Sequence record: PV660448
From: Escherichia phage LF82-4
DNA length: 64,000 bases
Reading direction: 5' to 3' (one strand)
In this document: one piece after another, positions 9,745 through 19,462 of the stretch
Layout: each line of letters begins with the position of its first letter
Position numbering within the stretch: position 1 is the stretch's first letter
Notes under the pieces: model-generated
Database searches by the model: none
Seen by the model: only the letters and a program-made list of their open reading frames with translations
What the model was told of the DNA's origin: nothing
Translations under genes and position numbers: made by a program

Positions 9745-9777
9745 AATGAGATAAAGAAGACCAGGCGGCACCTGGTC
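9745..9777 (-). terminator. intrinsic terminator-like hairpin after glutaredoxin-like gene
   Basis: GACCAGG-CGGCA-CCTGGTC stem overlapping the stop codon, then U-rich tract on minus strand. Confidence 0.5.
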
Positions 9778-10099
9778 AATCTTCTATGATATCAGAGTCG
9801 TATCCTAATGAAATCAAGGACTTTTTAAACTCTGCAATATTCTTTTGTTTCTTATCATTTAAAAATATGACAGGATAACGAATATTAAGTGAAGTGAATC
9901 CTGCACGTTTAGCAAGAGATACGATTAAAGGACGGTCATATTCAATCTTACCATTATTAGTGAGGACTTTATAAAATGTATAAGGAGCATTGAGCTCCTT
10001 TAAAAGTTTTGTAACAGTATAACATCCTGGACAACGTCCAACTTCTTCAGGGATGCCATAAATTTCAATCTTGTTCTTTAAGTTCGAGTTTTGTTCCAC
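9776..10099 (-). CDS. glutaredoxin-like protein (NrdH-like)
   Basis: CPGC redox motif (GRCPGCYTVTKLL); upstream of nrdG/nrdD; in-frame ATGs lie deep inside the preceding ORF, so a GTG start at 10099 with AAGGAA RBS is proposed. Confidence 0.5.
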   Translation of the reverse strand: MEQNSNLKNKIEIYGIPEEVGRCPGCYTVTKLLKELNAPYTFYKVLTNNGKIEYDRPLIVSLAKRAGFTSLNIRYPVIFLNDKKQKNIAEFKKSLISLGYDSDIIED

Positions 10100-10382
10100 G
10101 AGAAATAATTCCTTGGTAAGCCCAATAAGGAGGATTAACCGAATCCTCACCCGAGTTTTCTTCAGGAAAATAAACCTGGATAACGAAGCCGGATTCATCA
10201 AATGTAAAATAAACTGTAGGCAGTTCACCTAACAATTCGGCACGAGCATTAATTTCTTCGAGGTCTTGTTCACGTCCAGCCCAAAAACTAGGATTTAGAT
10301 TACATTCGTAAAAATAATAGTCATTACCGAACATATCAAACCCCTTCCAACTCTCTACCACGTACCGCTCAAAACTAATCAT
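10065..10382 (-). CDS. hypothetical protein
   Basis: 105 aa ORF, acidic/aromatic. Confidence 0.45.
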   Translation of the reverse strand: MISFERYVVESWKGFDMFGNDYYFYECNLNPSFWAGREQDLEEINARAELLGELPTVYFTFDESGFVIQVYFPEENSGEDSVNPPYWAYQGIISRGTKLELKEQD

Positions 10383-10384
10383 AA

Positions 10385-10600
10385 TTAAGCCTTTTTATCA
10401 AGAACAGAATTCAGTTTGTTAGTAATTTTATCCAGACGCTCATTGAACTCATTAGAAGATAAGCCCTTTTCTGGAGAAATTAAACTAATCACGAAAAATA
10501 CACCAGTAAAAGGAATAAGAAAAATAGCTCCAACTGCCATAAACAGAAAGAATGTTACAGTTGTAAGAAAATCAGCTAAACCTTTACGAAATTTATACAT
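10385..10600 (-). CDS. hypothetical small membrane protein
   Basis: 71 aa, one long hydrophobic segment. Confidence 0.45.
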   Translation of the reverse strand: MYKFRKGLADFLTTVTFFLFMAVGAIFLIPFTGVFFVISLISPEKGLSSNEFNERLDKITNKLNSVLDKKA

Positions 10601-10711
10601 ATTTACCCTTAATTAATTAACCAAGCGTTGATAAGCAAACCATATTGCGAATAAAATTCTGGGCCAAAATGAAAAATCATATCATTTATAGTATCCATAA
10701 TATAATTCAAT

Positions 10712-11182
10712 TTAATCATGTTTCCACACCCCATCGGTATTTGACCAAAGTCGCTGATTATCTGATCCTCGCCACAGCTTTTTGGTCGGAAGATTTTTCT
10801 CATACTTCCCATCAATAATAACATCAACATATTTAAGCATTTTTAGTTGTTTAATATCTTCAAACTTATATCCTGTCCACAACCAAATGCTTTTATTGGG
10901 ATAAAGATTTTTAATAGTTTGAACCACAGAGTGAATCACATCTCGGTTATCAGGATAGAGAGGGTCACCTCCGGTTATAGTCAATCCTTCTATATAATCA
11001 TTATTCAAACATTCAATTAATTGTTCTAGTGTTTCACCAGTGAATGGAATACCATTTCTAGCATTCCATGTTGATTTATTATAACACCCTTCGCATTTAT
11101 GCAAACAACCTGTGACGAAAAGAACGACCCTACAACCAGGGCCATTCACAAAATCGCAAGGATAAAATCTATCATAATTCAT
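10712..11182 (-). CDS. nrdG: anaerobic ribonucleotide reductase activating protein NrdG (radical SAM)
   Basis: CxxxCxxC cluster (CLHKCEGC) near N-terminus; immediately downstream of nrdD with ATGA overlap. Confidence 0.9.
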   Translation of the reverse strand: MNYDRFYPCDFVNGPGCRVVLFVTGCLHKCEGCYNKSTWNARNGIPFTGETLEQLIECLNNDYIEGLTITGGDPLYPDNRDVIHSVVQTIKNLYPNKSIWLWTGYKFEDIKQLKMLKYVDVIIDGKYEKNLPTKKLWRGSDNQRLWSNTDGVWKHD

Positions 11183-12996
11183 TGGTGTTTAACCCTATGC
11201 ATGATTTCTTTATTTTTGCCGAGATTAAATCCACGTTCGTTCGGGTTCCCCAAATAACCGCACGTTCTTCTTATGGTGTTCATCTTTTTAGGATCAGTTT
11301 CTCCACAAACTGAACAAACAAATCCATTTTCAGTAGGAGTCATCTCATGGGTACTTCCACACGTAAAACATTTATCTACTGGCATGTTAACACCAAAATA
11401 ATCTAAATGTTGTGCAGCATAATCCCACACGGCCTCAAGACCTTTTAAGTTATTTTTCATATCAGGAAGTTCAACATAAGAAATGTGACCACCTGTCGCA
11501 ATGAAATGATATGGCGCTTCACGAGAAATCTTTTCAAACGGAGTAATATTTTCTTCTACTGAAACATGGAAACTATTAGTGTACCAGCCTTTATCAGTAA
11601 CATCCTTTACACTTCCATATTTTTCTGTATCAAGTTTACAGAAGCGATAACAAAGGTTTTCAGCAGGAGTAGAATACAAGCTAAAAGCAAATCCGGTTCT
11701 TTCAGTCCACTGTTTAAGACGAGCATTCATTTTAGTTAAAATTTCTTGCCCAATATCACGACCGACAAGAATATTCAATTCGTGAATACCAATGTATCCT
11801 AAAGACACTGAACTTCTACCGTTTTTAAATAACTCAATTATGTCGTCATCAGGTTTAAGACGAACCCCGAATGCACCTTCTTGGTAAAGAATAGGAGCAA
11901 CAGTCGCTTTAACACCCTTTAAAGAACTAATTCTACACATCAAGGCTTCAAAACACAGATCCATTCGTTCATTAAATAATTCGATAAATTTCTGTTCATT
12001 GAACTGTGTTCCAATATAAGAATCTAATGCGATACGAGGAAGATTCAGTGTTACAACACCAAGATTATTACGTCCATCAAGAATTTCATTACCAGTCGAA
12101 TCTTTCCATACGCTCAAGAAACTACGGCAGCCCATTGGAGAAACTGGAACTGAAGAACCGGTAATAGCTTTATTATTCTTAACAGAAATAATGTCAGGAT
12201 ACATTCTTTTGCTTGCACATTCTAACGCAAGTTGTTTAATATCATAGTTCGGATCATCTTTATAAAGATTAACACCTTCTTCAACAAACATAACAAGTTT
12301 AGGAAAAATAGGAGTTATTCCATCACGACCAAGACCTTTAATCCGATTTTTCAGAATTGCCTTCTGAATCATTCGTTCAGTCCAATCGGTTCCCGTACCA
12401 AATGTAATTGTTACAAAAGGCGTTTGTCCGTTTGAACTAAAGAGAGTATTTACTTCATATTCATAAGCTTGGAACGCATCGTATACGTCTTTTTCTGTTT
12501 TAGATTGGGCATAATTCAACGCATCAGCGATTTGCCATTTTTCTGCATCCTCAATATGTTTTGCATAGGTGCGTTTAACATAAGGAGAAAGAACTTTATC
12601 GACATTCGCAAATGTAGTTCCGCCATACTGATGTGAAGCAACTTGTGCAGTAATTTGTGCCATAATTGCAGTAGCAACACCAATCGATTTAGGCGTTTCA
12701 ATTTGAGCATTGCCTAATTTAAATCCATTCTCAAGCATCCCCTTTAAATCGACTAAACAGCAATTAGTAAATGGAAGAGCAGGAGAATAATCAATATCAT
12801 GCATATGAATGATTCCGCTTTCATGCGCATTCATAATAAAAGACGGGACCATATTTTTGGCAATGTGCTTAGACACAATACCAGCCATAAGGTCCCGTTG
12901 AGTTGGAAAAACACGAGAATCTTTATTAGCATTCTCGTTCAAAAGATCTTTATTAGTTTTATAAATTAATCCTTCAATTTCTTTTTCAATTTTCAT
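11179..12996 (-). CDS. nrdD: anaerobic ribonucleoside-triphosphate reductase NrdD
   Basis: 605 aa; C-terminal glycyl-radical motif RRTCGYLG and Zn ribbon CFTCG...CSVCG; single uninterrupted ORF. Confidence 0.95.
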   Translation of the reverse strand: MKIEKEIEGLIYKTNKDLLNENANKDSRVFPTQRDLMAGIVSKHIAKNMVPSFIMNAHESGIIHMHDIDYSPALPFTNCCLVDLKGMLENGFKLGNAQIETPKSIGVATAIMAQITAQVASHQYGGTTFANVDKVLSPYVKRTYAKHIEDAEKWQIADALNYAQSKTEKDVYDAFQAYEYEVNTLFSSNGQTPFVTITFGTGTDWTERMIQKAILKNRIKGLGRDGITPIFPKLVMFVEEGVNLYKDDPNYDIKQLALECASKRMYPDIISVKNNKAITGSSVPVSPMGCRSFLSVWKDSTGNEILDGRNNLGVVTLNLPRIALDSYIGTQFNEQKFIELFNERMDLCFEALMCRISSLKGVKATVAPILYQEGAFGVRLKPDDDIIELFKNGRSSVSLGYIGIHELNILVGRDIGQEILTKMNARLKQWTERTGFAFSLYSTPAENLCYRFCKLDTEKYGSVKDVTDKGWYTNSFHVSVEENITPFEKISREAPYHFIATGGHISYVELPDMKNNLKGLEAVWDYAAQHLDYFGVNMPVDKCFTCGSTHEMTPTENGFVCSVCGETDPKKMNTIRRTCGYLGNPNERGFNLGKNKEIMHRVKHQ

Positions 12997-13466
12997 TTTA
13001 AACTCTTTCTAAGCTGCTTTTTGAATGAAGCTATTAATTGTGTTTTAGTATCAGATTCATTATATTCAAATCCTCTTTGAAGCATCTCGGTCATCATTTC
13101 CTCTTTACCTAGTCTTGAGAACTCTTTAGTTTTGTCTGGAACAAAATTAGGATGGATATTATTATCAGAATAATCTTGTTTCAAATAAGCAAGAAGAGCT
13201 TCAAGCCATTCGAGGTAGTCGACATCACGTCCTTTAAGACCGGAACGGTTGAACTTATGCTTCATTTGACCTTCTGCTGCGTTGCACAGATTACAGAGTA
13301 ATCCACGAACTCTACCGGCTTTTGGCCCGTTTAATTCATGGTCGTGGTCAAGATGGTTACCTTGAACATCAGGGTCTAATTCACGGTGGCAAATAGGACA
13401 CTTACCATTCTGTGCATCATAAAATTTTTGTTTTTCTTCTTTATATTTTGCGCCTGATAATAACAT
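12993..13466 (-). CDS. 49: endonuclease VII (Holliday junction resolvase) gp49
   Basis: 157 aa; MLLSGAKYKEEKQKFYDAQNGKCPIC...HLDHDHELNGPKAG... near-identical to T4 endo VII from memory. Confidence 0.95.
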   Translation of the reverse strand: MLLSGAKYKEEKQKFYDAQNGKCPICHRELDPDVQGNHLDHDHELNGPKAGRVRGLLCNLCNAAEGQMKHKFNRSGLKGRDVDYLEWLEALLAYLKQDYSDNNIHPNFVPDKTKEFSRLGKEEMMTEMLQRGFEYNESDTKTQLIASFKKQLRKSLK

Positions 13467-13501
13467 GATAAACCCTTACCTTAAATAGATAAGGGTATTT
13501 A

Positions 13502-13927
13502 TTAACTTAAACGTCTTTCTAAATATTCAATGTATTCTGCGGCTGCTTGCATCAGGTTACCTTCATAGCCGTCGTTATTTTCTTGTCCAGCTAATTTAGC
13601 TAATGCATAAGAAATTCGTTCACCTTCGAATTCACCAAGTTTACTACCTAGCACATCAGCAATATCAGCCGAATCAATTTCTTCGAGTTCATCTATTGAA
13701 TGGGATTCCCAGAAGCACCAAAGAGAAGTATCACGGTCATAGATGCAAAGTTTCTCACCTGTGTTCAACATCACTTCGATAATGCCATGGTCGCCATAAC
13801 CATCTTCGGTAGTAGTACCAATTACCTTGAGGATTGTTCCTTTCTTTAATTCAGGAAACTTGACTTGTAGTTCTTCGTCTTCTTTAACAATCTTGAACCA
13901 TTTACCGCGAGTTTCAGAAATATTCAT
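13502..13927 (-). CDS. hypothetical protein (T4 pin position)
   Basis: ORF track 13502..14065, start moved to MNISETRGKWF (13927); position after gene 49 corresponds to T4 pin; assignment by synteny only. Confidence 0.4.
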   Translation of the reverse strand: MNISETRGKWFKIVKEDEELQVKFPELKKGTILKVIGTTTEDGYGDHGIIEVMLNTGEKLCIYDRDTSLWCFWESHSIDELEEIDSADIADVLGSKLGEFEGERISYALAKLAGQENNDGYEGNLMQAAAEYIEYLERRLS

Positions 13928-13928
13928 A

Positions 13929-14099
13929 TCAATATTCTCTATAAAAGTTACGATGAGAACGTTTAGCTTTGCGAAGCTGACGTTTAGTAGGACGAACTGT
14001 AAATAGTTGTCCAGAGAAAAAATTCGAATCGGTTTTAATAAGCAAATACCAATCATGCTTGCCATTTTTTAATAAACGGTACAATAATTTAACTTGCAT
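13929..14099 (-). CDS. hypothetical small basic protein
   Basis: ORF track 13929..14126; ATG 14099 with GGAAGAG RBS. Confidence 0.35.
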   Translation of the reverse strand: MQVKLLYRLLKNGKHDWYLLIKTDSNFFSGQLFTVRPTKRQLRKAKRSHRNFYREY

Positions 14100-14227
14100 A
14101 ATAATCTCTTCCCATTTCCATATCAATTAATTCATTTATTGAAGGTTCATCATAACATGGTTCTTCGTCGTTGTAAACCGTTTCGACGTCTGGCTCGACA
14201 GTCTCCCATCGAGCAGAATACCACGGT

Positions 14228-14563
14228 TTAACCCCGGAGTTTATTGAGCTCTTCATAATCAATCCAGGATTCTAGCCCTGACGGCAGGTCACATTCAATG
14301 TTCCACAGAAGCTCTTCAATGGCTTGCAGGCGATTATATTCTTCAACAGTAATAGTAACCATTGTTTCAGGCTTTTTAACCATCATGTCATTCATCAGAA
14401 TGTACAGATCTTCACAAACAGCCGGGTCGTCCCATGTCCATATTTCAGCATCTCGAACCAATGAAGTCGGAATAGAATTTAAAACTTCAAGCTTAGTAGG
14501 AGCGTCAGGACCGAGAAGAGTTGCTACAAATTTATATGCTTTGGCGAAATCAATATCGTTCAT
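14228..14563 (-). CDS. hypothetical protein
   Basis: 111 aa acidic ORF. Confidence 0.45.
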   Translation of the reverse strand: MNDIDFAKAYKFVATLLGPDAPTKLEVLNSIPTSLVRDAEIWTWDDPAVCEDLYILMNDMMVKKPETMVTITVEEYNRLQAIEELLWNIECDLPSGLESWIDYEELNKLRG

Positions 14564-14581
14564 TTAAAATATTCTCGCAGT

Positions 14582-14878
14582 TTATTGTTCTACCCAGGCA
14601 CAGGAAACTTCGAAATCAGGACCACCGTATTCCCAGTGATATTCACCAACAGGAATCCAGTCACCGTGCTCGTTTTCTTCGTAGTCTTCAGGTTCAAGAC
14701 CAACGAATCGCCATTGAACACCTATGATTCGATTACCCATTAATATACGAAATTCACCCCATGGATTATCGATAGCATATTGGATATCGTTCTTAGCACG
14801 AGAACACATTTCTTGATATAACAAAGCTTCTAATTCGCCCTGATCATAAGGGCCCGGGAAAGTTAAATCAATACTCAT
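14582..14878 (-). CDS. hypothetical protein
   Basis: 98 aa ORF. Confidence 0.45.
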   Translation of the reverse strand: MSIDLTFPGPYDQGELEALLYQEMCSRAKNDIQYAIDNPWGEFRILMGNRIIGVQWRFVGLEPEDYEENEHGDWIPVGEYHWEYGGPDFEVSCAWVEQ

Positions 14879-15138
14879 TTAAAATATTCTCGCAGTTGGT
14901 CAAATCCACCAATATGACTTCCATCAGGAGCAAATACTTGAGGCATAGTCAATCCAACTTGTGATTCACGTCCTAGTTTATTCAGAAGCTCGTCAATTTT
15001 TTCTTCATCAAATACACCTTTCTCTGGCATAACATTAATGAATTCGAATGGCTGTTTCTTAACAGTCAGCAATCGTTTCGCATTATCACAATAAATGCAT
15101 TTATGAATAGTAGAGTCATACCCGTACACTTTAAACAT
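14875..15138 (-). CDS. nrdC: thioredoxin/glutaredoxin NrdC
   Basis: MFKVYGYDSTIHKCIYCDNAKRLL with CxxC; 87 aa; matches T4 NrdC from memory. Confidence 0.9.
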   Translation of the reverse strand: MFKVYGYDSTIHKCIYCDNAKRLLTVKKQPFEFINVMPEKGVFDEEKIDELLNKLGRESQVGLTMPQVFAPDGSHIGGFDQLREYFK

Positions 15139-15544
15139 TATTTTTCCTTTCATCGATTAAATATGCAATGCCAAATACAATACATGTAATAAAACCTGTG
15201 ATACAGATAGAAACCAACAACACTGTACCAAAGAACCAAATCAAGTTATCTTTAGTAGTTTGTTTGATATCCATCTCACGAATTTCTATAGCTATCGTAT
15301 CACCTTTATTCAGAAGCGTATAAAACGACGGTGATACACGCCTGTCAAAAACTCGTCCTTGCTCATCTTTATAGACTGCAATAAATTCTAATTTAGAATA
15401 TTTTCCTGTAGATTGGCCTGAGATTAATTCCACTACCTCCACAGGAATTACTTTAGTTTCCATGTAAGTATTCTGACTGTTCCAAATGAATGGAATAACG
15501 GCAAAAACTAAAGCTGCGATAAAACAACGAAGGCTATATCTCAT
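15131..15544 (-). CDS. hypothetical membrane protein
   Basis: 137 aa, N- and C-terminal hydrophobic helices. Confidence 0.5.
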   Translation of the reverse strand: MRYSLRCFIAALVFAVIPFIWNSQNTYMETKVIPVEVVELISGQSTGKYSKLEFIAVYKDEQGRVFDRRVSPSFYTLLNKGDTIAIEIREMDIKQTTKDNLIWFFGTVLLVSICITGFITCIVFGIAYLIDERKNNV

Positions 15545-15849
15545 TATAATATTCTCTCAAATTTGTGGAAGCATTTACGGCATTTCAATTTCAAGTTATC
15601 AGTGGTCCAGTTAACCAGTTGGACTTGGATAGTTCCACATTCCGGGCATGGATGTTTTGCTGCTGATTTGGCAGCATTTTCACGTCGTTCAACCATTTTC
15701 ATTATTTCGTTCCATGCTGGAGGAACGAACTCTTCTTCACCGTGGATTTTATCTCGCTGAACAAATTCAATCTTTGAACTATCGTCAATAAACTTAACCA
15801 AGCCATGATTAGTGCTCATATCAATATCCTCTAAAAGACGTAGTTTCAT
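15544..15849 (-). CDS. hypothetical zinc-ribbon protein
   Basis: 101 aa; CPECG...CRKC four-cysteine motif. Confidence 0.5.
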   Translation of the reverse strand: MKLRLLEDIDMSTNHGLVKFIDDSSKIEFVQRDKIHGEEEFVPPAWNEIMKMVERRENAAKSAAKHPCPECGTIQVQLVNWTTDNLKLKCRKCFHKFERIL

Positions 15850-16799
15850 TATAACACCTCAATGGCATTTCGTAAACCGTCCGCTTTCGCATTCAGAGCT
15901 TTTAACGATTTAGTCTGTTCTTTAATCTGGGCTTCGACTTCTTTCAGACGAGATTTGAGATATTCACGTTCTTCGCTCAAGTTGTCAACTTTTTCTACTT
16001 TAGGTTCTTTAATAGTCTTAAGTTTATACTCGTTAGGGTTCTTCAGCTTAATTCGGGTGCGAGAACTGTATAACATTGAACCGTTATCTTCGGATTCGTC
16101 GAACGTTTCAACAACATCCATAGTCTCTAACAATGTAATAAGTTTATAAGACAATGAACGAACGGTTTTGTTATGCTTATTAATTTCTTCAGCTTTCATG
16201 GTACCGAGATTACGTGAGTAGTAATAAGGAACCTGGATATCAATTGATAATGATGCGTTACCATTACCGGTCGGTTTGAATACTGCAGTAACCCAATCTT
16301 TAACATGAACTTTATTTGTACGACCATCACCGCCCGTGAATAATTTACGAGAATGTTTAAAAAGCATATTCACTTGGTTATTGAATTCACAAGCAAATTT
16401 ATCAGCGAATTTAGTTTCAGGAATGGTAGATAACCAATCAGCCAAATGAGTCTTTTTAACATCATTAATAATAGTGAATTCAACCAAATCAGTTTTAGAT
16501 GTCACAGATTTAATAAAGCTCGGTTTCATAAAGTTTTTAATGTTATCGCGAGCTACAGTAGAAGATAATAAACGAGAACGTTTGAACCATTGAAGCAGTG
16601 TCCCTAATGAATGAGAATACGCATTCTGAGTATCTTTACAGATATGATTTTCTTGACCTGTGTATGTACCAAAATCGCGAAGAATACCACTTACTACATC
16701 TCGGTGTGGAACATCAAATCCTAGTGCACCAACAGCGCGCTGGGCACGAACGTTAGCGATAAGACCGGCAAAGTATTCAATGTAATGTGAACGTGTCAT
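15849..16799 (-). CDS. hypothetical protein with C-terminal coiled coil
   Basis: 316 aa; own early-type promoter upstream; heptad-rich C-terminus. Confidence 0.55.
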   Translation of the reverse strand: MTRSHYIEYFAGLIANVRAQRAVGALGFDVPHRDVVSGILRDFGTYTGQENHICKDTQNAYSHSLGTLLQWFKRSRLLSSTVARDNIKNFMKPSFIKSVTSKTDLVEFTIINDVKKTHLADWLSTIPETKFADKFACEFNNQVNMLFKHSRKLFTGGDGRTNKVHVKDWVTAVFKPTGNGNASLSIDIQVPYYYSRNLGTMKAEEINKHNKTVRSLSYKLITLLETMDVVETFDESEDNGSMLYSSRTRIKLKNPNEYKLKTIKEPKVEKVDNLSEEREYLKSRLKEVEAQIKEQTKSLKALNAKADGLRNAIEVL

Positions 16800-16823
16800 A
16801 ATATTTTCCTCTCGTTAAGATAG

Positions 16824-16854
16824 ATTTATTATACTCCAACCATCCTTGGTTGTA
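16824..16854. repeat. 31-nt exact repeat, copy 1 (promoter cassette)
   Basis: ATTTATTATACTCCAACCATCCTTGGTTGTA identical at 16824..16854 and 17844..17874; partial third copy near 38663..38690. Confidence 0.9.
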
Positions 16855-16857
16855 AAC
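16828..16857 (-). promoter_or_regulatory. early sigma70-type promoter with spacer stem-loop
   Basis: Minus strand GTTTACA, 17-nt spacer containing CAACCA/TGGTTG inverted repeat, TATAAT. Confidence 0.55.
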
Positions 16858-16861
16858 CGTT

Positions 16862-17821
16862 TTATGATTTTAATGCATTCATTGCATTAAAAAGTTTAGA
16901 GTACTGCAACTGGAGATTCGTTACAACACTTTGAGCATCACGAAGCTTAGCTTGTGCTTTGTCAAGTTCAACGGACAGTTGGTCTGCAGTAGCCTTGATT
17001 TGGTTGTAATGATAATCTTCGGCCGGAAGAAGGTCATTAGAAACATTTAGTTTTACTGCCGACAGTTTGCACACATTTGGCAAACCTTTAAACATACCGG
17101 GTTGTGTCGGAGAATATGCGCTTAGAACCTCTGCATTACCGACTGGTGTTGCTGTAATATTGCCTTCAAACAATGCATTTTCCTTTTTAAGATTTTGATA
17201 GTATTCAGAGTCTTTGTGCCACCATGGCGCAGGAACCTTTTTACCAATAGATACACGAGCCTGGATAGCGATATGGCCCTTATTCTTGATAGGGTCGATA
17301 ATATTAAGCTCACGAGAATAAATTGCTTTAATTTGGTGAATATTATCACCTAACACTTCCAACGCTTGGTGGAATACACGAGCAACGTTATCGTTCTTAG
17401 GTTTATATGTAAGAGTGAACTCGTTCTCACTGATAACCATGATTTCTAACTTATCGTAAGTATATTTCAAATGTTTCATGTTAATTGCTTGAGGACGAAT
17501 ACGAGAAGCAATGGCCATCAGATTGTTAAGGTTATTTCGGAACTGTTTAGCGAAATATTGTCCTTCACCGCCGATACAAAAATTACGAAGTTTCTGTTTG
17601 GCTAATAAACGGCTGAACTCACCATTTTTAATGAACTCTTTAACGGGTGTGTTAGTAATGCATTCAAATTGAGTAAACATACGAGAATTAATCCCATAAT
17701 ATGAACAGATTTCCTCAATCTCTTCAGGAGTCTTTACAGGCATACGGATAGGATTAGGTCCTGGAGTATATGCGTTCGAGGTAAATTCTTTGATAAGTTC
17801 TCTACGTGTAATAAAAGCCAT
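16862..17821 (-). CDS. hypothetical protein with C-terminal coiled coil
   Basis: 319 aa; preceded by duplicated promoter cassette. Confidence 0.55.
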   Translation of the reverse strand: MAFITRRELIKEFTSNAYTPGPNPIRMPVKTPEEIEEICSYYGINSRMFTQFECITNTPVKEFIKNGEFSRLLAKQKLRNFCIGGEGQYFAKQFRNNLNNLMAIASRIRPQAINMKHLKYTYDKLEIMVISENEFTLTYKPKNDNVARVFHQALEVLGDNIHQIKAIYSRELNIIDPIKNKGHIAIQARVSIGKKVPAPWWHKDSEYYQNLKKENALFEGNITATPVGNAEVLSAYSPTQPGMFKGLPNVCKLSAVKLNVSNDLLPAEDYHYNQIKATADQLSVELDKAQAKLRDAQSVVTNLQLQYSKLFNAMNALKS

Positions 17822-17843
17822 TTTATATTCCTCATGTTGAAAA

Positions 17844-17874
17844 ATTTATTATACTCCAACCATCCTTGGTTGTA
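17844..17874. repeat. 31-nt exact repeat, copy 2 (promoter cassette)
   Basis: Identical to 16824..16854. Confidence 0.9.
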
Positions 17875-17877
17875 CAT
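17848..17877 (-). promoter_or_regulatory. early sigma70-type promoter (duplicate of 16828..16857 core)
   Basis: Shares 31-nt identical core with 16824..16854; -35 variant TGTACA. Confidence 0.5.
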
Positions 17878-18872
17878 CATTCCTTAAGAAGTTTTACTAC
17901 TTGAATAAGATTAGCTCGTTCTGTTTTATTTTTACCGTTTAAGCCTGCTAATCGTGAGATTTCATCGTCAGTCTGTTGAATAGTTACATTAAGTTCGTTA
18001 ATCAAAGCTTCAAAGTATTTGATTTGCTCAGCATGTTTTGATTCAAATTTCTGAACCGGAATAACGTCTTGGTTCAGTCCATCAATAAGGTCTTTAAGAG
18101 CATCTTCTTGGTTGATATCATATTCAACTTCCTTTATTTCTTCAACGAGCTCGTCTTTATATCTAACGTCTTTTAGTCCTGGTGCTGGTCCTGAAATCTC
18201 TTCTTTAAGAGTACAAACATACCCAATACGGTATCCAATGCCGTCTCGCTTGATATCAACTTCGTCGATAAATCCACAATGTTTAAGTCCAGAGCCGATT
18301 ATGTCAAAATATCCTTGACGACGTCCTTCAAACGTTACACGAACTACTAAGACAGTTTTGCCACCGACCTTTTGAAGCTCACATTTATAAAAGTCCGTTG
18401 AACCTGAATAACGTGGATGAGTTTTAAAGTTCATCTGACGATCTAGGCCCATTTGTAAACGTGCTGTTACGGCCATAAAACGTGTTTGGTTCTCGTTAAG
18501 ATGAGCAACAATCCATTTCAAAGGCATTTTACACTGTTCACGACCGAACAAATCAGTACGTCCTAGATTACGCAGGATGTTGTTAGAGTTAATCATCGAC
18601 AGAACGTTAAGTTTATTCAACGCGCTGAAGATTCCGTCAGCCATTGATTTTCCATAACCTTTACACGCTTTAATAAGTGCTCGCGGCAGATTAGTATAGA
18701 TTTCAGACGGCATATGAAAATCAAATTTACTAGTCAGTAATTGATGAACTTGGATAGCAATTTGCTCATAATTAAGTGCTCTGCGATCGTTATGGTCTTT
18801 AAACCACACTTTAATCTGTGAAGCACATAAACCGTTAATTTCATGTTTTACCGCATCAGATGTAATGCTCAT
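17877..18872 (-). CDS. hypothetical protein with C-terminal coiled coil
   Basis: 331 aa. Confidence 0.55.
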   Translation of the reverse strand: MSITSDAVKHEINGLCASQIKVWFKDHNDRRALNYEQIAIQVHQLLTSKFDFHMPSEIYTNLPRALIKACKGYGKSMADGIFSALNKLNVLSMINSNNILRNLGRTDLFGREQCKMPLKWIVAHLNENQTRFMAVTARLQMGLDRQMNFKTHPRYSGSTDFYKCELQKVGGKTVLVVRVTFEGRRQGYFDIIGSGLKHCGFIDEVDIKRDGIGYRIGYVCTLKEEISGPAPGLKDVRYKDELVEEIKEVEYDINQEDALKDLIDGLNQDVIPVQKFESKHAEQIKYFEALINELNVTIQQTDDEISRLAGLNGKNKTERANLIQVVKLLKE

Positions 18873-18934
18873 AACTATTTCCTCAGATTGAATTGGAACT
18901 CAAAACCATTATAACCCGTCCTTGGGTAAAGCGT

Positions 18935-19462
18935 TTATGCGTGAACCGTCTTTAAACGTTCTTCAAATTTCCGAAGAGTACTAATACGTTCTGCTTTCTG
19001 TTTTGTATAGTTTGCAATACGTTCTGAAGTGAGAGCGTATCGTTCGTTTACTGTTTCTTTCATGAAGTCAGGGATTTCACGAGAAGCTTTAATTTCATCA
19101 AACTTGTCGAGTACTGCCTGGTCTTCAGCGATTAAATTTTCGTACATCTCGATATCTTTCTTGATAAACTCGATATCTTCCTGGGTTACTTTGGATAAAC
19201 GAGACGCTTTATCCTTTTTGTACTGCTCGTTAGTTTCACGAGACCAGAATAATGTACGTTTTTTGTTAGTGTTTTTGTAGACTTCCACAATTCCAACTGA
19301 ATCGATGATAACAATCCAATTCCAGCGAGATTTGAAAATCTGACCTCCGTCCACGGTAATCTCGTTATCATAAGCAACGTCATTAAAGAACTTGCTCTGT
19401 GCTTCAGATTTAAATTTACCGTCGTTATAATTTACCAGGTTGAAAATATCTTTAGCGTTCAT
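18935..19462 (-). CDS. hypothetical protein
   Basis: 175 aa, charged helical. Confidence 0.5.
   Translation of the reverse strand: MNAKDIFNLVNYNDGKFKSEAQSKFFNDVAYDNEITVDGGQIFKSRWNWIVIIDSVGIVEVYKNTNKKRTLFWSRETNEQYKKDKASRLSKVTQEDIEFIKKDIEMYENLIAEDQAVLDKFDEIKASREIPDFMKETVNERYALTSERIANYTKQKAERISTLRKFEERLKTVHA

Noticed and set aside
9776-10228. Full-length 150-aa version of the glutaredoxin-like ORF
   Set aside because: The N-terminal 43 codons overlap ORF 10065..10382 and are hydrophobic low-complexity; a GTG start at 10099 with RBS is more plausible.
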